Origin: Raillietiella orientalis
Taxonomy: Eukaryota
Reading direction: 5' to 3'
Assembly (NCBI GenBank): GCA_036172245.1
Contig: JAYWIR010000025.1
Coordinates: 806,001-870,000, forward strand
DNA length: 64,000 nucleotides
The translations under genes were made by a program, and so were the position numbers. Each line of letters starts with the position of its first letter. The stretch's first letter is position 1. Positions 40,945-53,701 of the stretch are shown piece by piece. The notes beneath the pieces were generated by a model, which did no database searches, was not told the origin of the DNA, and was given only the letters and a program-made list of their open reading frames with translations.

Positions 40945-43900
40945 TCATTCCTCCGAGAAAATACTATCCATGGAAGGTTCCACTTCTTTCTTTACTTGCT
41001 TGGCATCAATAATCTTCGCAAACTCTGGCTTGTCTTTCTGGAATGCACAAAAAAGTCATTGAATACGACCGTGGACACATTCAAAAGCCAACGGTTTCAA
41101 GTGGAAAGAGAAATCGCGGAAATAAGCAACGTTAGAGAAGTGCTGAGCAGAAGTTGGGATATTTTACCTCTTTGTCTTCTTCGTCCATTGTGTATTCTTT
41201 TTTCTTTACTTGTTTCAGGTTGTTGCGGAAATTGAACTCCGCAGCCTTCTTCTGCAGCTTGGCAAATTTGTTTTCATATTTGGACACTTTCTTTAAAGAC
41301 GGTTTCACGCTAAGTGAAGGAAGGGCATTACTCGAAAAAGCGGGGGAGGGGGCGGAAGAGCTCAGTACTTACAACTTTCCTCGCAAGTCGTTGACCTTGA
41401 TGTTCAACTCGTTGATCTAAAACACGAAAGCATCTTATCATTTGCGAGAACTTTGTGCCCTCGCAAGTTCGCTTTTGTTAGATGAACAACCGTGCCACTC
41501 TTGCAGGATGCAGTAACAGTGTGAGATTCCCGCATCGCATTCCATTTGTTAGTCGGGCAAGTATGGGGAACTCAGAAAGACACACAGACAAGGGGCAGAC
41601 AGGACACTAAAGATCCGACCCGCATTCTCCGATCTTTGAATGGGGTCTTTCGTACATTCTGCTCAAGAAAGAAGAAGCTGCTGCTCATGGGTGTGTGTCC
41701 GCGGGTCTCGTTTCACATCAGATCCGGCTGTCTCGTGTTTTCCTTTTATCACCAAGGAAGACCATGTCTGCAACATTTCGCACAGGTCACGAGGCGAGAT
41801 CGTTGCTAGGTTTCATGCACCGTGCTCGCTGCTCGTCTGTCCATGCGCCAAGAGATGTAGAGACTGTGTGTGCAAGTGCCATAAAGCCAAAGTCGCAAAG
41901 GCGTCAAGGAAAGCAGCAGCGTGAGCAGCCTCAAGCTACTGCCGGATGCAAAGAGCACGAAAGCTGAGAAGCACGAAAGCCGGATTCAAAGAACACGAAA
42001 GAGCGGAGGTTTGAGCAGCTTGAATCTTCGAATACCTTTCGCAACCAACAACAAAAATTCGAAATGAAAGGGGAGATTAATATGGAGTTGGTAGTAACGT
42101 GCTGGGGCTGCATCCCAGATGCACGAATTAGTAGTAGTTCCCTTGGAGACAAGAAGAGCACCGTGGTAAGTAGTGACGTCGTCTGTCATGACGGATGGTT
42201 TGTACGTGGAAAGCAAGGGAAGGACACAGCAACGGAAAATAACAGTAATGGTGAGGAAAGTTCAGCATGGAAAAGTTTTCTTTTTTTTTTTTTTTCAACA
42301 CAAAAAAATCTTTTCTTGATTTTCATACAAATGACTGGGGTGGGGGATGTACATTTAAAAAAAGTCTTCAGGCAAGATTACGGTTACATCGAAAAGGGCG
42401 GCATTTCATAATGCATTCTATTTTACAATGCACTTCCACCACGTTTACTTGTTTGTTGGTTTTATGTACAAGCTTTATGTACAATGCTGTGTTGCAAATC
42501 CAATCCAACACAACGCACTGATGATACCTGGTATTCGTTTTTCCTCACGAAAAATTCCAAGTCGTACTTTTGGGATTCACATGCCTGAATCCTTGCATAA
42601 TATTCCCTGCAGATTTGCTTTAGTTGTTCTAAAATGACAGATTTCTTATAAAACAGCTTATAATACATTCAAGTCACGTGTTCATCGATCGAGAGACATT
42701 TTTTGTTTCGTGTCATTTTGACCTGTCTTCCACACGGCGCTCGCATACTTGTGCCGTGGTCCGAAAATCTTTCGTCATGCTTGACTTGGTGAATAAACTC
42801 TGAGAGTCTCTGCTGGAGGTGATTCTTGGACCTCAGAGGTTTAAATCAAAGAGTCGATCTTCATGCTCAGGCACCGGTGAGGATACTGCTGTTAAATTAC
42901 TGCATCGATCGACTTTTTTTTTTTTTTTTTTTTTTTACTGCACGGAGAGATTTTCCCTGTGCAGTGAGCTTTGCCAAGAGTCGAGACCTATCCAAGCAAC
43001 CAAGTTGGTCAGTTGGCAGTGCTTACTGATGGTGCGCTTTATTTTCTACTCGTAGTCTCTAAGTGATCTTTGAAACTCGGAGCTGGGTTTCCTCAATGGG
43101 AAAACTGATCTTTTGCTTATCAAGGAAACCACGAGCATCCAAGTGTGCTTCGAAGCGTATTGGACGGAAGAGGGCAGCGAAAGGACCGATGCGCAAGACA
43201 GGTTTGGACCATAGCTAAGGAATAGCTTAGTGGTACAGATGTGCTGTTCGATTTGAAAAAGGTCTGTGGAGGGGTGAGGAGAACGGAAAAGAGTTCTAGG
43301 AAAGTGTGCCGTACATCAAGCTGTGGGATATATGGAATACGTCAGGTTTTAAGCGCCAGGATTTGGATTTGGTGTCTCGAGAAATACAGAAGTTTTCTGA
43401 TCATTATGAGGAGATGCGCGATTAAGCACAACGTGATGATGTTGCAGGGTGTATACTCAAAGAAATATAACTGAAAGAGGGATGTTTTCCTTGAGACATC
43501 GTTTAAATTTGCGAGAGGAAAACAGTTTGGCTGCTCTCTTTAAAAAATCGTCACGCTGCTGTTGCTTTGCTCTCGTGTTTCAAGAGAACGGCCTATATTA
43601 CTTCTGCCATCATTGGTCAACACATGATAACAAAACACCAGTTGTCTCAGACAGAAGTCCGACAACCTCGCAGAACATTAGACACACGCAAGTGAGTACA
43701 CACATCCTCTTTGATACTTCTATCATCTGTTAAAACATCTGCAACATGTATACAACCGAGGCAGAAAGTCTGTGTCACGACAATGCGGGGTGACCAACTT
43801 AGATTCACGGTATAGAGAGGCACAGTTGTAGTTGCCCAAGTTGTTCTCCAGAAGATGGTTAGCAAAGTTACTCACTCTCCTAAAAGACTTAGGAGGAGAG

Positions 43901-46900
43901 GCAGATGGAAGGTGTAAGGTTAGGAACATCCTGAGGCATTCAGTGAGAATTGTTAAGTTCCTGTAGATTGCGTTTAGCTTCCAGATGAATACTTGTGAGT
44001 TAATAGGAAGACGCATTCATGCGTCATCTGATTTGAATGAAACATAGGTAGCCTACTGAAGTGACCAGACACTGGTCTTCTACAGAAGTCACTGAGTTTG
44101 AAACATGTCAATCTCTGAAGACTTTACAAAATTTGGGTCCATGGTGGAGACGGACGAGTTCATGGACTCTCTGTTTTTCCTAGCCATGCAGCAAGGTACA
44201 GCTCATCGAGTCTTTTGATGATGTTCGGGGATATTACAAATGTGCCTGCTCGAGACGGTGTTCTTCGCAAGGTCACTCTAGGGAGCGCCTGTCCTTCTCC
44301 ATCGCCACGGCTTGTGAAGTAAACCAAGGCCAAACTTCCCTACTTGTGACTCTCTGACAAAGTCCACGCAAAAGGAAGAGAAGGGACCATTCGGGTTTTT
44401 GCTCGGACGCAAACGGTTGCTCGCTATGTTCTTCGGAGGCACATTCGACTGCCACATCGATACGCGTAGAAACACAAACTTCTCAACCTGTCAGTGAAGC
44501 GCAATTCTGGGAAGAAAGGGGGACAATGACGTCCTTGCTCGTTTTGCTCTCTTCGAAATCCCTGCGTTGCAGCAAACTGCATGATTACCGTTGCGTTTTC
44601 ACGAATCTTTCAGCGGCAAAGAGTTGCGGCGACAGAGGACAGTTCCCGAGCGGGAACGAGAGATTCGTAGCTCACGCCACCGATTAGTCCTGCGAGCAAA
44701 GAGCAATGACTTTTTTTTATTTCTTTCCTTTTCCCTTTGGAAGCCTGAAGGACAAAGAAAAATCCAGAGCAGAAAAGCATTATTGGATCCATTTGAAACT
44801 GTTACAAGGTGTCAGATGCCTCGAGAACAAGCGGCTGAGAACTCAATGTATTCATTATTAAGCACACGAGTCATTCTTAAAGATTAGCCTTTGTGAGCAT
44901 GCAAGCCAGACTGAGTGAAAGCTACAAAGCCTTCAGCAGTTAGCCAAAATAGCGTTGCCCGAATCCTGGTTCCTGGAGACAATACCTTGTAATCTTTCAC
45001 TTTCACTTCATGCTCCAGATCCCACTTTGCTCCTTCCAAAGAAACGATCCGAGTATGATAATGCTTAATAATTTCCTTGAGCTGTTCTAAGGAATTAAGG
45101 CAAATATGACAAAAAGGAAAAGAAAGAAAGAAACAGGAATTTTCAAGATGATCGCATCTTTTGTCCAACCTTCCTTCCAAGGATGGAAAATTCCAAATTA
45201 CAAGAGGACGTACATTGTGATTGCAATTGCCAGGTTTCGATTAACGGATTGGAATCAAATGAATTTACCTTCACTGGCGTTCTCGGTGTCCTTCGGCTGC
45301 CCGCATCGCTCTTGAATGACTTTCCTTCTCTCAAGACTTTTCCTTTCTTGCTCCTTCTTCAGCTCTTCAGCAGCTTTTTTCCTCAAAAGAAGCTAAAAGC
45401 ACACATTAATTTGCAGAATGATTCGAAACAGTTAAAGACAACGGTACCCTCAGTTTCTTTTTCCTCTGGGGTGTCATAAATCCTTTCTTCCCTTTTTTGG
45501 CTTTTGAAGCCTCTTCCAGTCTGCGGCGGACTTCTGCCTTCTTCGCCTCTTTCTCTTTTCGCTTTCTTTCCTTTGGTGGTGCAAACCGAAATCAGCAAGA
45601 TTTAAGGTCGGCAATAACTGAGTGATTTCCCGCAAATTTTATTTCGGTAATTTCACCTTAGCGTTGTATTTTCAGCCCCTGTTTTTCCCGTTCATTTACT
45701 TATGCATCGATTTTGGAGTTCTGTACAAAGTGAGTTGTGCTATGATGTGCTTTTCGAGGGATCGCCGGCCCTTTAGCGCTGTTGACCGTCGCAGTGACTC
45801 CATCGGGTTCAAGTTCAGGCAACATGCGCCAGCAAGAACGCTAAAACCGTACTGCTTGAGGGATTTCCGTGTTGTTAAGTAGAACAGATCGAAAGGCACT
45901 CCTCGTCGGTTAAATCAACGCGGGATCGGACCGCCTGCCTAAACTCATCTGACATTTCAGGAAGGAAACGTCTGCAAATTTTGATGTGTTTCGTTGTTCA
46001 CAGCGATACCCCTTGCTAGGGGGTGATCCCCGCACAACGTAGACAGCAGCCTTTTTCGGAAGCACAGTGGAAGCTGCAGTGATGCCGAGATCGTGCCGCT
46101 TCCATGGTTTCGCGCTGCCGTGTACGTTGCTTTCAGCGCAGAGACCTTTGCTTCGTTTCTCTCGGAGATCACAGCGGCTTTCTTTCTTTTTTTTTTTTTT
46201 TTTGAAAATTACCGATCTAAAGATCAAGTCGTCTGCTTTCTTTGGGGTAGCCGACTTTACTATGACAACGATCAACGCTTCTTAATTTCCTGTGTGTTTC
46301 CTGTACAATGATTACAGACTGACAAATGCAGATGAAAGGAAGGGGAAGTAAAAAAAAATAAAAAAGGACAAAGCTTTCATCCTGATGCTCAGTGAAATAC
46401 GAAGTTCCAGGCATTTTAACATTTTAAAGGTATGCTTATGACATCTGGGGCATGCCTGTCACGTTTTTACCGCTTGTGACCAACACATATGGTGCGTGAA
46501 GCAAACTTTGACAAACGTGTAACAAACTTCAACTTTGACATCCTGCGGTTCCCTTTAGGAAGTGAACGTGTGGTTAAAAGGTTTGAAGTCTCGTCGGCTA
46601 CATTTCCGCGTACAGCCATACCCAAAATGTATTGCGTTCATACCGGGTGGCGGGATAAGTAGTGCCACAGCAACCTCATTTCGAATACCCACCTTTCAGA
46701 TGAGTCATTATGTTATAGTCCGCAATCACGTTAATTCGTTTGAAATTTGTTCATCTGGGGGACCTACGTTTCGAAGCATATAGGCGCGCTCGTTCCTCTA
46801 ATGGTTTTTAAGTTTCGCGATATTTTGGTTTTTGTTCATCCCTTGAAAAAGGTATTTGAGAAGCTCGAAATCCTTTCCTCCGACGCTCAGCTCGTTTCGG

Positions 46901-49583
46901 TTAGTAGCTTTTTTTTTTTTACAAACACGAATCTCTTCATAGGCTGAAGCCCGCAGGTTCCTCCTTTCGTTAAAATTGTCTGCTTCGATCGAGCAGGACT
47001 TCGAATGTCATCAATGATAGGTAAGAATTTCGGGAGGTCACCGGGCCGACCGGATCCATCATCGTTTCCCGATCCGCGAGCTTTTCTTTACTTCAGTACC
47101 TGCCATGGACATGCTCGGTTTCATGCTCACATTAGTGGAGGTGAGGTCATCACGCGTGTAACGTATTCCCTCACATGTGATCTGAGATGCTGTGCAACAT
47201 GGGAATTTCGTGTGGCGCGTCGGCTGTTTCATCTTTTTCTGTGGAGAAATTTCACCGAGCTCTTATCATGTGGATCATCTTTTTTTTTTTTTTGCTTTTC
47301 AGTATTACATTGTGTAAAAGTTTTCGATATCTTCGTATAACGGAGAGATAGGTTTATTGTAATTTCGGTATCAGGATATGTGGGTAAGTCGAATTTTCAA
47401 AAGGAAACAGAAGATAACGATGAAGCATTGTATCAAGGAACCATATCTGGAATACAAAAAAAACAAGCAAAAATTACTCCAGGAAATTTCAGATTTCCAA
47501 CATTTCAAACTCAATTCTCAATACATTTCGAAACAGAGCGTTGAAATTGAAACGGTTTCCCACTTTTTGATTAGCTCTACAAAGATGCGTTCTACGAATC
47601 TTATAGTTCACGCACGTGTAATTTTCTAGGGAACAGATGTGATCCCTGGATGCAAAATCCATGATAACACGATATCTTCAAGATTACGTTCTTGTCTTTG
47701 TGCATTGCTCTCACCGTAACCGTTTTGTTTCAATTTCAAATCTCCAGGAGACTCAATTCACGCTCTTAATGTAAACAGCGCATGTACAATTTGCCCGGTG
47801 CTGCGTGGGAGGTGCGTAAAACGGGGCACTGCCAGATTTCATAACTGGAGAAGTGTAATCCAATCATTCAACTGAGTAAAGAAGACGGGACAGATCTGGG
47901 AAACCCTTTCAGCACGGCAAGTCGGCAATGCGAAAATCCAAGTGCCACCTGTAACTCATTTCATATTCCCTTTCAGATACGCTTTTCCTTTTCTTTCTTT
48001 TTTCCTTTTGGACTCATTCCACAACTGACCTATGTCTGGATAATGAGATGATTCGTTTTCTGCACCTGACTGTATTCTGAAAACATCACAAACTGGCCTC
48101 GGCCTCCTTGGGAACCAGCAGTAAAAAAACAGAGGTTTCCGGTTGTTTTCCTTCTACACAGTGTGCACAATTCTAGGAGCGCAGACTTTCAAACTTCAGT
48201 TGGAAAGAACTCAATGAGGTCTGCTAAATAGTTCCTGCGGTAGGAATGGATTTACTCAGGAATTTACTTTAGCTACTAATCTGTAGTCACTACCACGATC
48301 GTAACAAATGGAGACATGAGTTTTTATCGTCAGATTTCCAGAGTTTCAAGCAATGAGTGATCCTCGATACGAATGCTGTAATTGAAGTAATGTATTCCTT
48401 GTAGATGCACATCATACTATTCAGAGTTCGTTCCATGCAGTACTTTTACAGGAAATCCAATCTGGAGGATCTGAGAGGCTTGACCTGCATTTCGAAGTCA
48501 ACTTTTTAAAGATCTTGAATCTGACCAATGCAAGAGTCACGAAAGTCTTAACCCATATTGGCACTTTCAATCAGCAAGTAATTTGAAACAGAGTAGAGCT
48601 TTAAGAACGTAGGAATCATGCCTTGAAACTAGCAAGCACAATTTCCAATTCCTGAATGAAGTGTTTTTGCAGATACCGACACACTACGAATATCTTCCAG
48701 TTTTCACGACACCGATTCTGTTCCGTGCCTCGCCATTCGTGATGATTCGTTTACTTATTAATATAATTTATGCCGAACTCGACCAATTGAAAGCAGAAGG
48801 GAAAACAAACACGCGGGCTGATTTCAAAGACATTTCATAAAGGCAAAAGTTCCTTAGCCAGTGCCCGAGCAGCACAGAAGGGAAAGGTCGTTTCGCATGG
48901 GTGCCGGGAATCCCGAAATGGCGAGTGGGAGCCATGCTCCAGCAAAATCACGGATTTGCAGCTTCTCAAGTATTTTCGGGTTCGGGAACCATGGCTTCTT
49001 CTGACGTTACTTGCATCTCGCCGGAAAGCACGCAAACTTACATTTCGTGCATTTCAAGTCATGTAGTTCTCCGCGTCCTTCTACGTCACTTCTACAGTCC
49101 TTCTAAGGAGCAGGGTGCTGGCTGCATTCGAGGTCAAGCGGTTGACAAAACGGTGAAGGTCCACTGAGACCAAAGTTGAAAGCCGACATCTGAGTTCTCC
49201 CGACACAGAACTCCTTCCAAGAGTTTCAAAGGAGTTGCTGAGCCACTTTTGGATCACTTTTGTCCCGCCTCAGCTGTGCTTTCGTAGTGTGTACGCGCTT
49301 TTTGGGACGATGGCCGCGCATGAAACTGAGCTGTCTGCCTATGGCATGAAGTCTAAGCGAACCTAAGTAGTGAAGTGTGACCTGACGCGCGCAAATCTTG
49401 AGAACGCACTTGACATTCGGGAACAAACCCGACGAACAAATCAAAATGGACGACTGTACAGAAGAGTTGGTCACTTTCCTTAGGACGCGTCAAAGGCTAA
49501 GAGAAACCACGAACGGATCGAAGCTAAGAATAACGAAAAGTGTTTCTCTACTACTTACATCTTACCGCTTCATCGTCTGCCAT
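40945..49583 (-). CDS. TnI: Troponin I (wupA orthologue), 214 aa per isoform, with one of two mutually exclusive exons
   Basis: Exons 49583-49566 (MADDEA), 45570-45448 ([26 protein letters not shown]), 45392-45269 ([25 protein letters not shown]), 45086-44986 or 42628-42528, 41416-41373 ([15 protein letters not shown]), 41309-41168 ([34 protein letters not shown]), 41037-40945; 645 nt in frame. Confidence 0.94.
42528..42628 (-). CDS. TnI: Troponin I mutually exclusive exon variant B ([33 protein letters not shown])
   Basis: 101 nt; ttttag acceptor and gtatca donor; same length and phases as variant A, and homologous to it. Confidence 0.9.
44986..45086 (-). CDS. TnI: Troponin I mutually exclusive exon variant A ([33 protein letters not shown])
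   Basis: 101 nt; ccttag acceptor and gtattg donor; phase 1 in, phase 0 out. Confidence 0.9.
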
Positions 49584-50348
49584 TTTCTTGAAATCTGGAA
49601 ATACAGAATTTTACATTAACCTGGGAATACAGTAATATCATTGGTGATGACCAACGTATTCATTAATGAGCATGCGGGCATGAAGTCGGTGTTTATCGAT
49701 GGAATCATCTAATTCCTAGAATATGCTTTGCATATGAAGGGCCCCACCATGGATCGCCTCGAATTTTCCAAGCAAAGAGTTCACGCACACAAAAAATCCG
49801 TGAGGCACTTTTCATGTACGGAATTTTTTTGTGACCCCCGAGTTCCCTCCCCCCCTTTTTCCCCCCCCGAATTTCCAGCATGGGAAATTAAATTACCATT
49901 AGAGGTAATTGCATCTGTTAAAAACATATGTACACAAACACACAGATGTTTTTTTACATTTATTTCTAGTTTACTATTGTAACTACGTCTTATTTTTGGC
50001 TCATGCCACTGAAAGTTTGCAACACAAATTTGCTACAAAATTATTGCATCTTATTCGGATACCTTGCTACGTATATGAGTGGGCAGCTTAAGTACAAGGA
50101 TGAGCTTCCATTTGATAATAAATAGGTACAGGTAATCTAATAACATTCTAGGATGAGAAAAAGCAGCCAAGTACGACGAAGGGCAAAGGACAGTCAAAAT
50201 GATCGAAAGTTTTAACAACCAAGAAGCTAGAACGCTTCTGGGCAGAGCATCCATCTTTTTACGTGATGCACGCTTAAAGTACCAAACATGGCGTTCTTTT
50301 CAGGAAATACTTCCGAATTCCAAAATACATTATGATGCGTAGCAAAAG

Positions 50349-50358
50349 TTAAAAATAG
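50349..50358. promoter_or_regulatory. Consensus MEF2 site TTAAAAATAG upstream of the TnI start-codon exon
   Basis: Exact YTA(A/T)4TAR match about 0.75 kb upstream of the MADDEA exon of a muscle gene. That exon has a splice acceptor, so this site may be in the first intron. Confidence 0.35.
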
Positions 50359-51837
50359 TAGAGAAGCGCGAGCACTCGAGATGTGTACAGTACTGGGAGC
50401 AGACACATTCCCTGCCAACCTAACTCAGTTCCCTCCGCATATTTTCCATCCTCTAGCCGGGATAACTAGTTCTACCGCCGATCACGGAAACCCGCTGTCT
50501 GGCTTCTTGGAGAGATGAGGGGCCCGGTGCAAACGTTTCCTTGGAAACGCCACCCTTGTCAGAAACACATCGGAATCAGATTCCTCTCACCTCACAACAA
50601 ACGGACTTCTAGATGGTAAGATCTCTCTCACACAAACATATCCGTCAAGCACACTTATCAGTGGCTTTAGCACACATAAAATAATTAAATCATCCGTCCA
50701 GGGAAAATTAATCCCAGAAAACAAAGCGTGGAAGACCGATTCGGAACCCATTCACTCCCTACGCAGCCTTAAACACGGTGTTTTTCAAGATATCAGCCTC
50801 AGGCAAATGAACGGGATGAAATGCACTGAATGAAAAATTTATCCTAAGCAGATTCCTCGATTTCTACAGCTGTTTTTTTTTTTTTTTTCTCGACGACCGT
50901 GAGAAGCGATTTATATAACACAAGCAAATTTTTTGCGATAAAAAAAAATATATAAATATATATATCCGTGATTCGAAGGAAATTCGATACTATCGTAGTT
51001 ATGTTTCCCAATCATTCCATTCCGGCTTATAATTTACTGTATGCAGGAGCATTTCGAAAATCCTTCAAACCATCAACAGTACTGGGGGTGTATGAAACAG
51101 TTTCTACCTGCCTAATCCCAGCGAGCACTCTGCACAAGAACCAAAGAGTCACTGAAGAATATTCTTAGTTGAAAACTCGAAGAGCTTCCGTGATGTGAGC
51201 ATGCGTTGGAAATACGATATTTGATCAACAAAAATTCTTTTCCAATTTCACTTACAAGCTGCGTCGTGTGTATCAAGAGTGGGAGAAACGAAAGAAGAGG
51301 GAGAGAGAGGGAGAGGATGCAAAAAAGGAAACCCAAAGGAAGAAGGAAAAAAAAAAATGCTTTTTTTTTTTTTTTTTTTATTGCTGATCACTTGTTTGTC
51401 GAAATCGGATACTTCTTCCTGATTGACAGCGCACGCTGAGATGCGATGAAAAGCCCAACCTGGCCGATTGAGAAATCACGATTTTCGAAAAACACGAGGG
51501 GGACGGAAGAGATTTCGTTCGCAATCTCACTTTTTGCTCTTCTTGATGATGTCGGTCCTGCAGGAGTTCTTGAGAAGAAATTCCATTCCCACGGTGGCAG
51601 AAGATCCTGAATTTCCTCACCTTATAAACGAGGAATGCTAAAAATACTTCCTTGCTTGTGAAACGCGAATCTCTGCGAAATCAGCGCTAAGATAACAGGC
51701 CGGCACAGAAGAGAGCAGGACAGAGTGGAGCATCCTGCAGATCCTTGAGGTTCATCAACCATCTCATTCGTTAATCGAGGTGGATCCTCCACTTTGCGAG
51801 GAAGAAAATTCCGTCACTTCATTACCGTTGTTCTGCG

Positions 51838-52716
51838 TCAGACTTGAAGACCATTCGTCCGCTCCCGGTTTGCCCATTCTGGCACCTTTTTGATCCCCGC
51901 AGCCAAAGCTGATTTTTCTGATGGAGCAGACAAGCCATCACATTTTTTTTCAAACTTTCCTTTGCCTTCATTTACCGGTGCCTGCGTATGATCATCAACA
52001 GCCGTAGTCTTCCGAAAAGTCATGTGGTTCTGAATGAACTTTCCAAGTTTTTCCCTTCCAATTGGTTTCTTTTTTGGCACTTCACTTTTGCTAGGAGGAA
52101 TAGGTTCGTAATTGTAACCACTTCAAACTTCACTACAAGCTGATGTTAGCATCTTGGAGATGGCCACCTTGGGAGTTTTAAAATGCCTTTTCGAGTTCTC
52201 GAGCGTTGCTTCTTTTGGTTCACGAAATGGCGCTTGCTTCTCCTGGATTCCTGTCCATTCCTTCCATCCTGGAGAATTATCTTAGCCCACCAAGTGGGTC
52301 GGAACTCCCGAGGAGGAGCTTCCATGACTCGCTGATCTTCTTCTTAGCTCCTTACATAAACTGGTCCAAAATGGTTGTTTCTTTTTCCCCTTGGAAGGCT
52401 CTTGGGCGTATTCAATATGGAAGCTTCTGCCTTGGAATGGATTCCAATATTTTTAGACACAGAATGCTGTACGATCGATTTTTGAAATTCAACATGATTT
52501 GTAGGGTGGATACTGCAATCTCCATCCGTGGAGGTGATGTGGTGGTGGCGGATCATCACTCGGAGTGAAGTTCATCGTCTTTTCGCTGCAGACCAAGGCG
52601 CTCAAGAGATCGTTTATTCTTTTCCATTCCTGTTCGGCTTTCTCTTTCAACAGCGAAACCCGGATGAAGAAATCTTCCTCTTTCGCGAGATGCCCCTGAT
52701 GAGTGATCTTCCGAGA
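51838..52716 (-). pseudogene. Decayed coding sequence of unknown origin (293 codons in one frame, 4 internal stops)
   Basis: Protein-like translation (AKEEDFFIRVSLLKEKAEQEWKRINDLLSALVC...KKQPFWTSLCKELRRR...KKVPEWANRE) with stops only at 52491, 52455, 52284 and 52125. Confidence 0.35.
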
Positions 52717-53039
52717 TCATCGAAGCACTGACTGATATGAGCTGGAGCACAATGAAAATGAAATTTAGTATTTAACTGTGCCCATGCCAGTCCTGGCGCA
52801 GAACGAGTTCCGGGTCTCCAAGGATTCATCATGTGAACTGTGTGAGCAAGGGTGGGACTTCAGGGAGACTCCCAGATCGTATTTTCTCCGGGAGCAGCGA
52901 AATTTTTCCAAGATCTTTTGAACGGCTGAAGGATGGCACACTCGCCCTTTCCTTCGAACACAGGTGTGGTTGTTACTGTTTTTTCTCATAAAAGGCCAGT
53001 AGAGACCTCACGAGGAGGTTCCCAATTGGCCGACTCCTT

Positions 53040-53701
53040 GATTCCTGGAAGGACCCCGGAGGGCAGACTTCCGAATCCTGGTCACTTAAGTAATTCGGTT
53101 TCCGGCTTCCATCAGTGCCGCATCATTGGACATGAGAGTGTGTGAACCCAAACTGTGCAAGGTGCAGGGAGCGGAAGTCCCTCTCGCACCTTCCAGTGGA
53201 CTGTGTTGCCCTCCGATCCCTTTGGGGTTCGCTTTTCCGAGACCCTGCGGATCCCCGAGGGCAACCCCAGAGACGTTTTAAAGAGTCTTCTCTTCCTGAG
53301 CGACACCATCACGCCTGCCGCATCCTCAGCAGCACTTTGCTTCCCACGCGGCGGGATCGCGGCTGCATGGAGCAACGCCAGAGGAGTCCAGGACGACGGG
53401 GACGCCATCCATTTTGTTGCCCTCTTCATGAGGAGATCGTCAAGATGGCCCCATCTGGGAGTGTTGAAACAGGAACTCGCTGGCATCTTTACAAGGATGC
53501 AGAGGACACCCTCCAGAACACAGGGATCCCTTCCCGACCCCCCATTTTTTTGACTGTAGGTTTTTTGTTTTATGTTTTTCTTTTTGTTTGTCTCTCCTTC
53601 CCCTGTGCTGCCGTGGCGAACCCCGCTGGCCCGCTTGCCAGATCCCGGAAGGTTCCCTCTCGTAGTTATAAGTAACGTGGCAGGATCAAACCTCCTGCCA
53701 C
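53040..53701 (+). mobile_element. Degenerate 3' end of a non-LTR retrotransposon (L1/Tx1-like ORF2 C-terminal zinc-knuckle region)
   Basis: Across frameshifts: EGRLPNPGHL ... PNCARCRERKSLSHLPVDCVALRSLW (CxxC..H..C..W) ... LKSLLFL...GIAAAWSNAR. Then a T-rich tract at 53545-53590 and a 9-bp hairpin at 53677-53701. Confidence 0.5.

Noticed and set aside
41442..41466. 7-bp hairpin ttgcgag/ctcgcaa upstream of a TnI acceptor
   Set aside because: Short enough to arise by chance.
44273..44455. KPEWS motif resembling the TnI C-terminus
   Set aside because: It lies between the two mutually exclusive exons, in the wrong order, with no convincing splice sites.
44520..44600. Possible third TnI mutually exclusive exon ([12 protein letters not shown])
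   Set aside because: In-frame TAA immediately upstream and no properly placed acceptor or donor.
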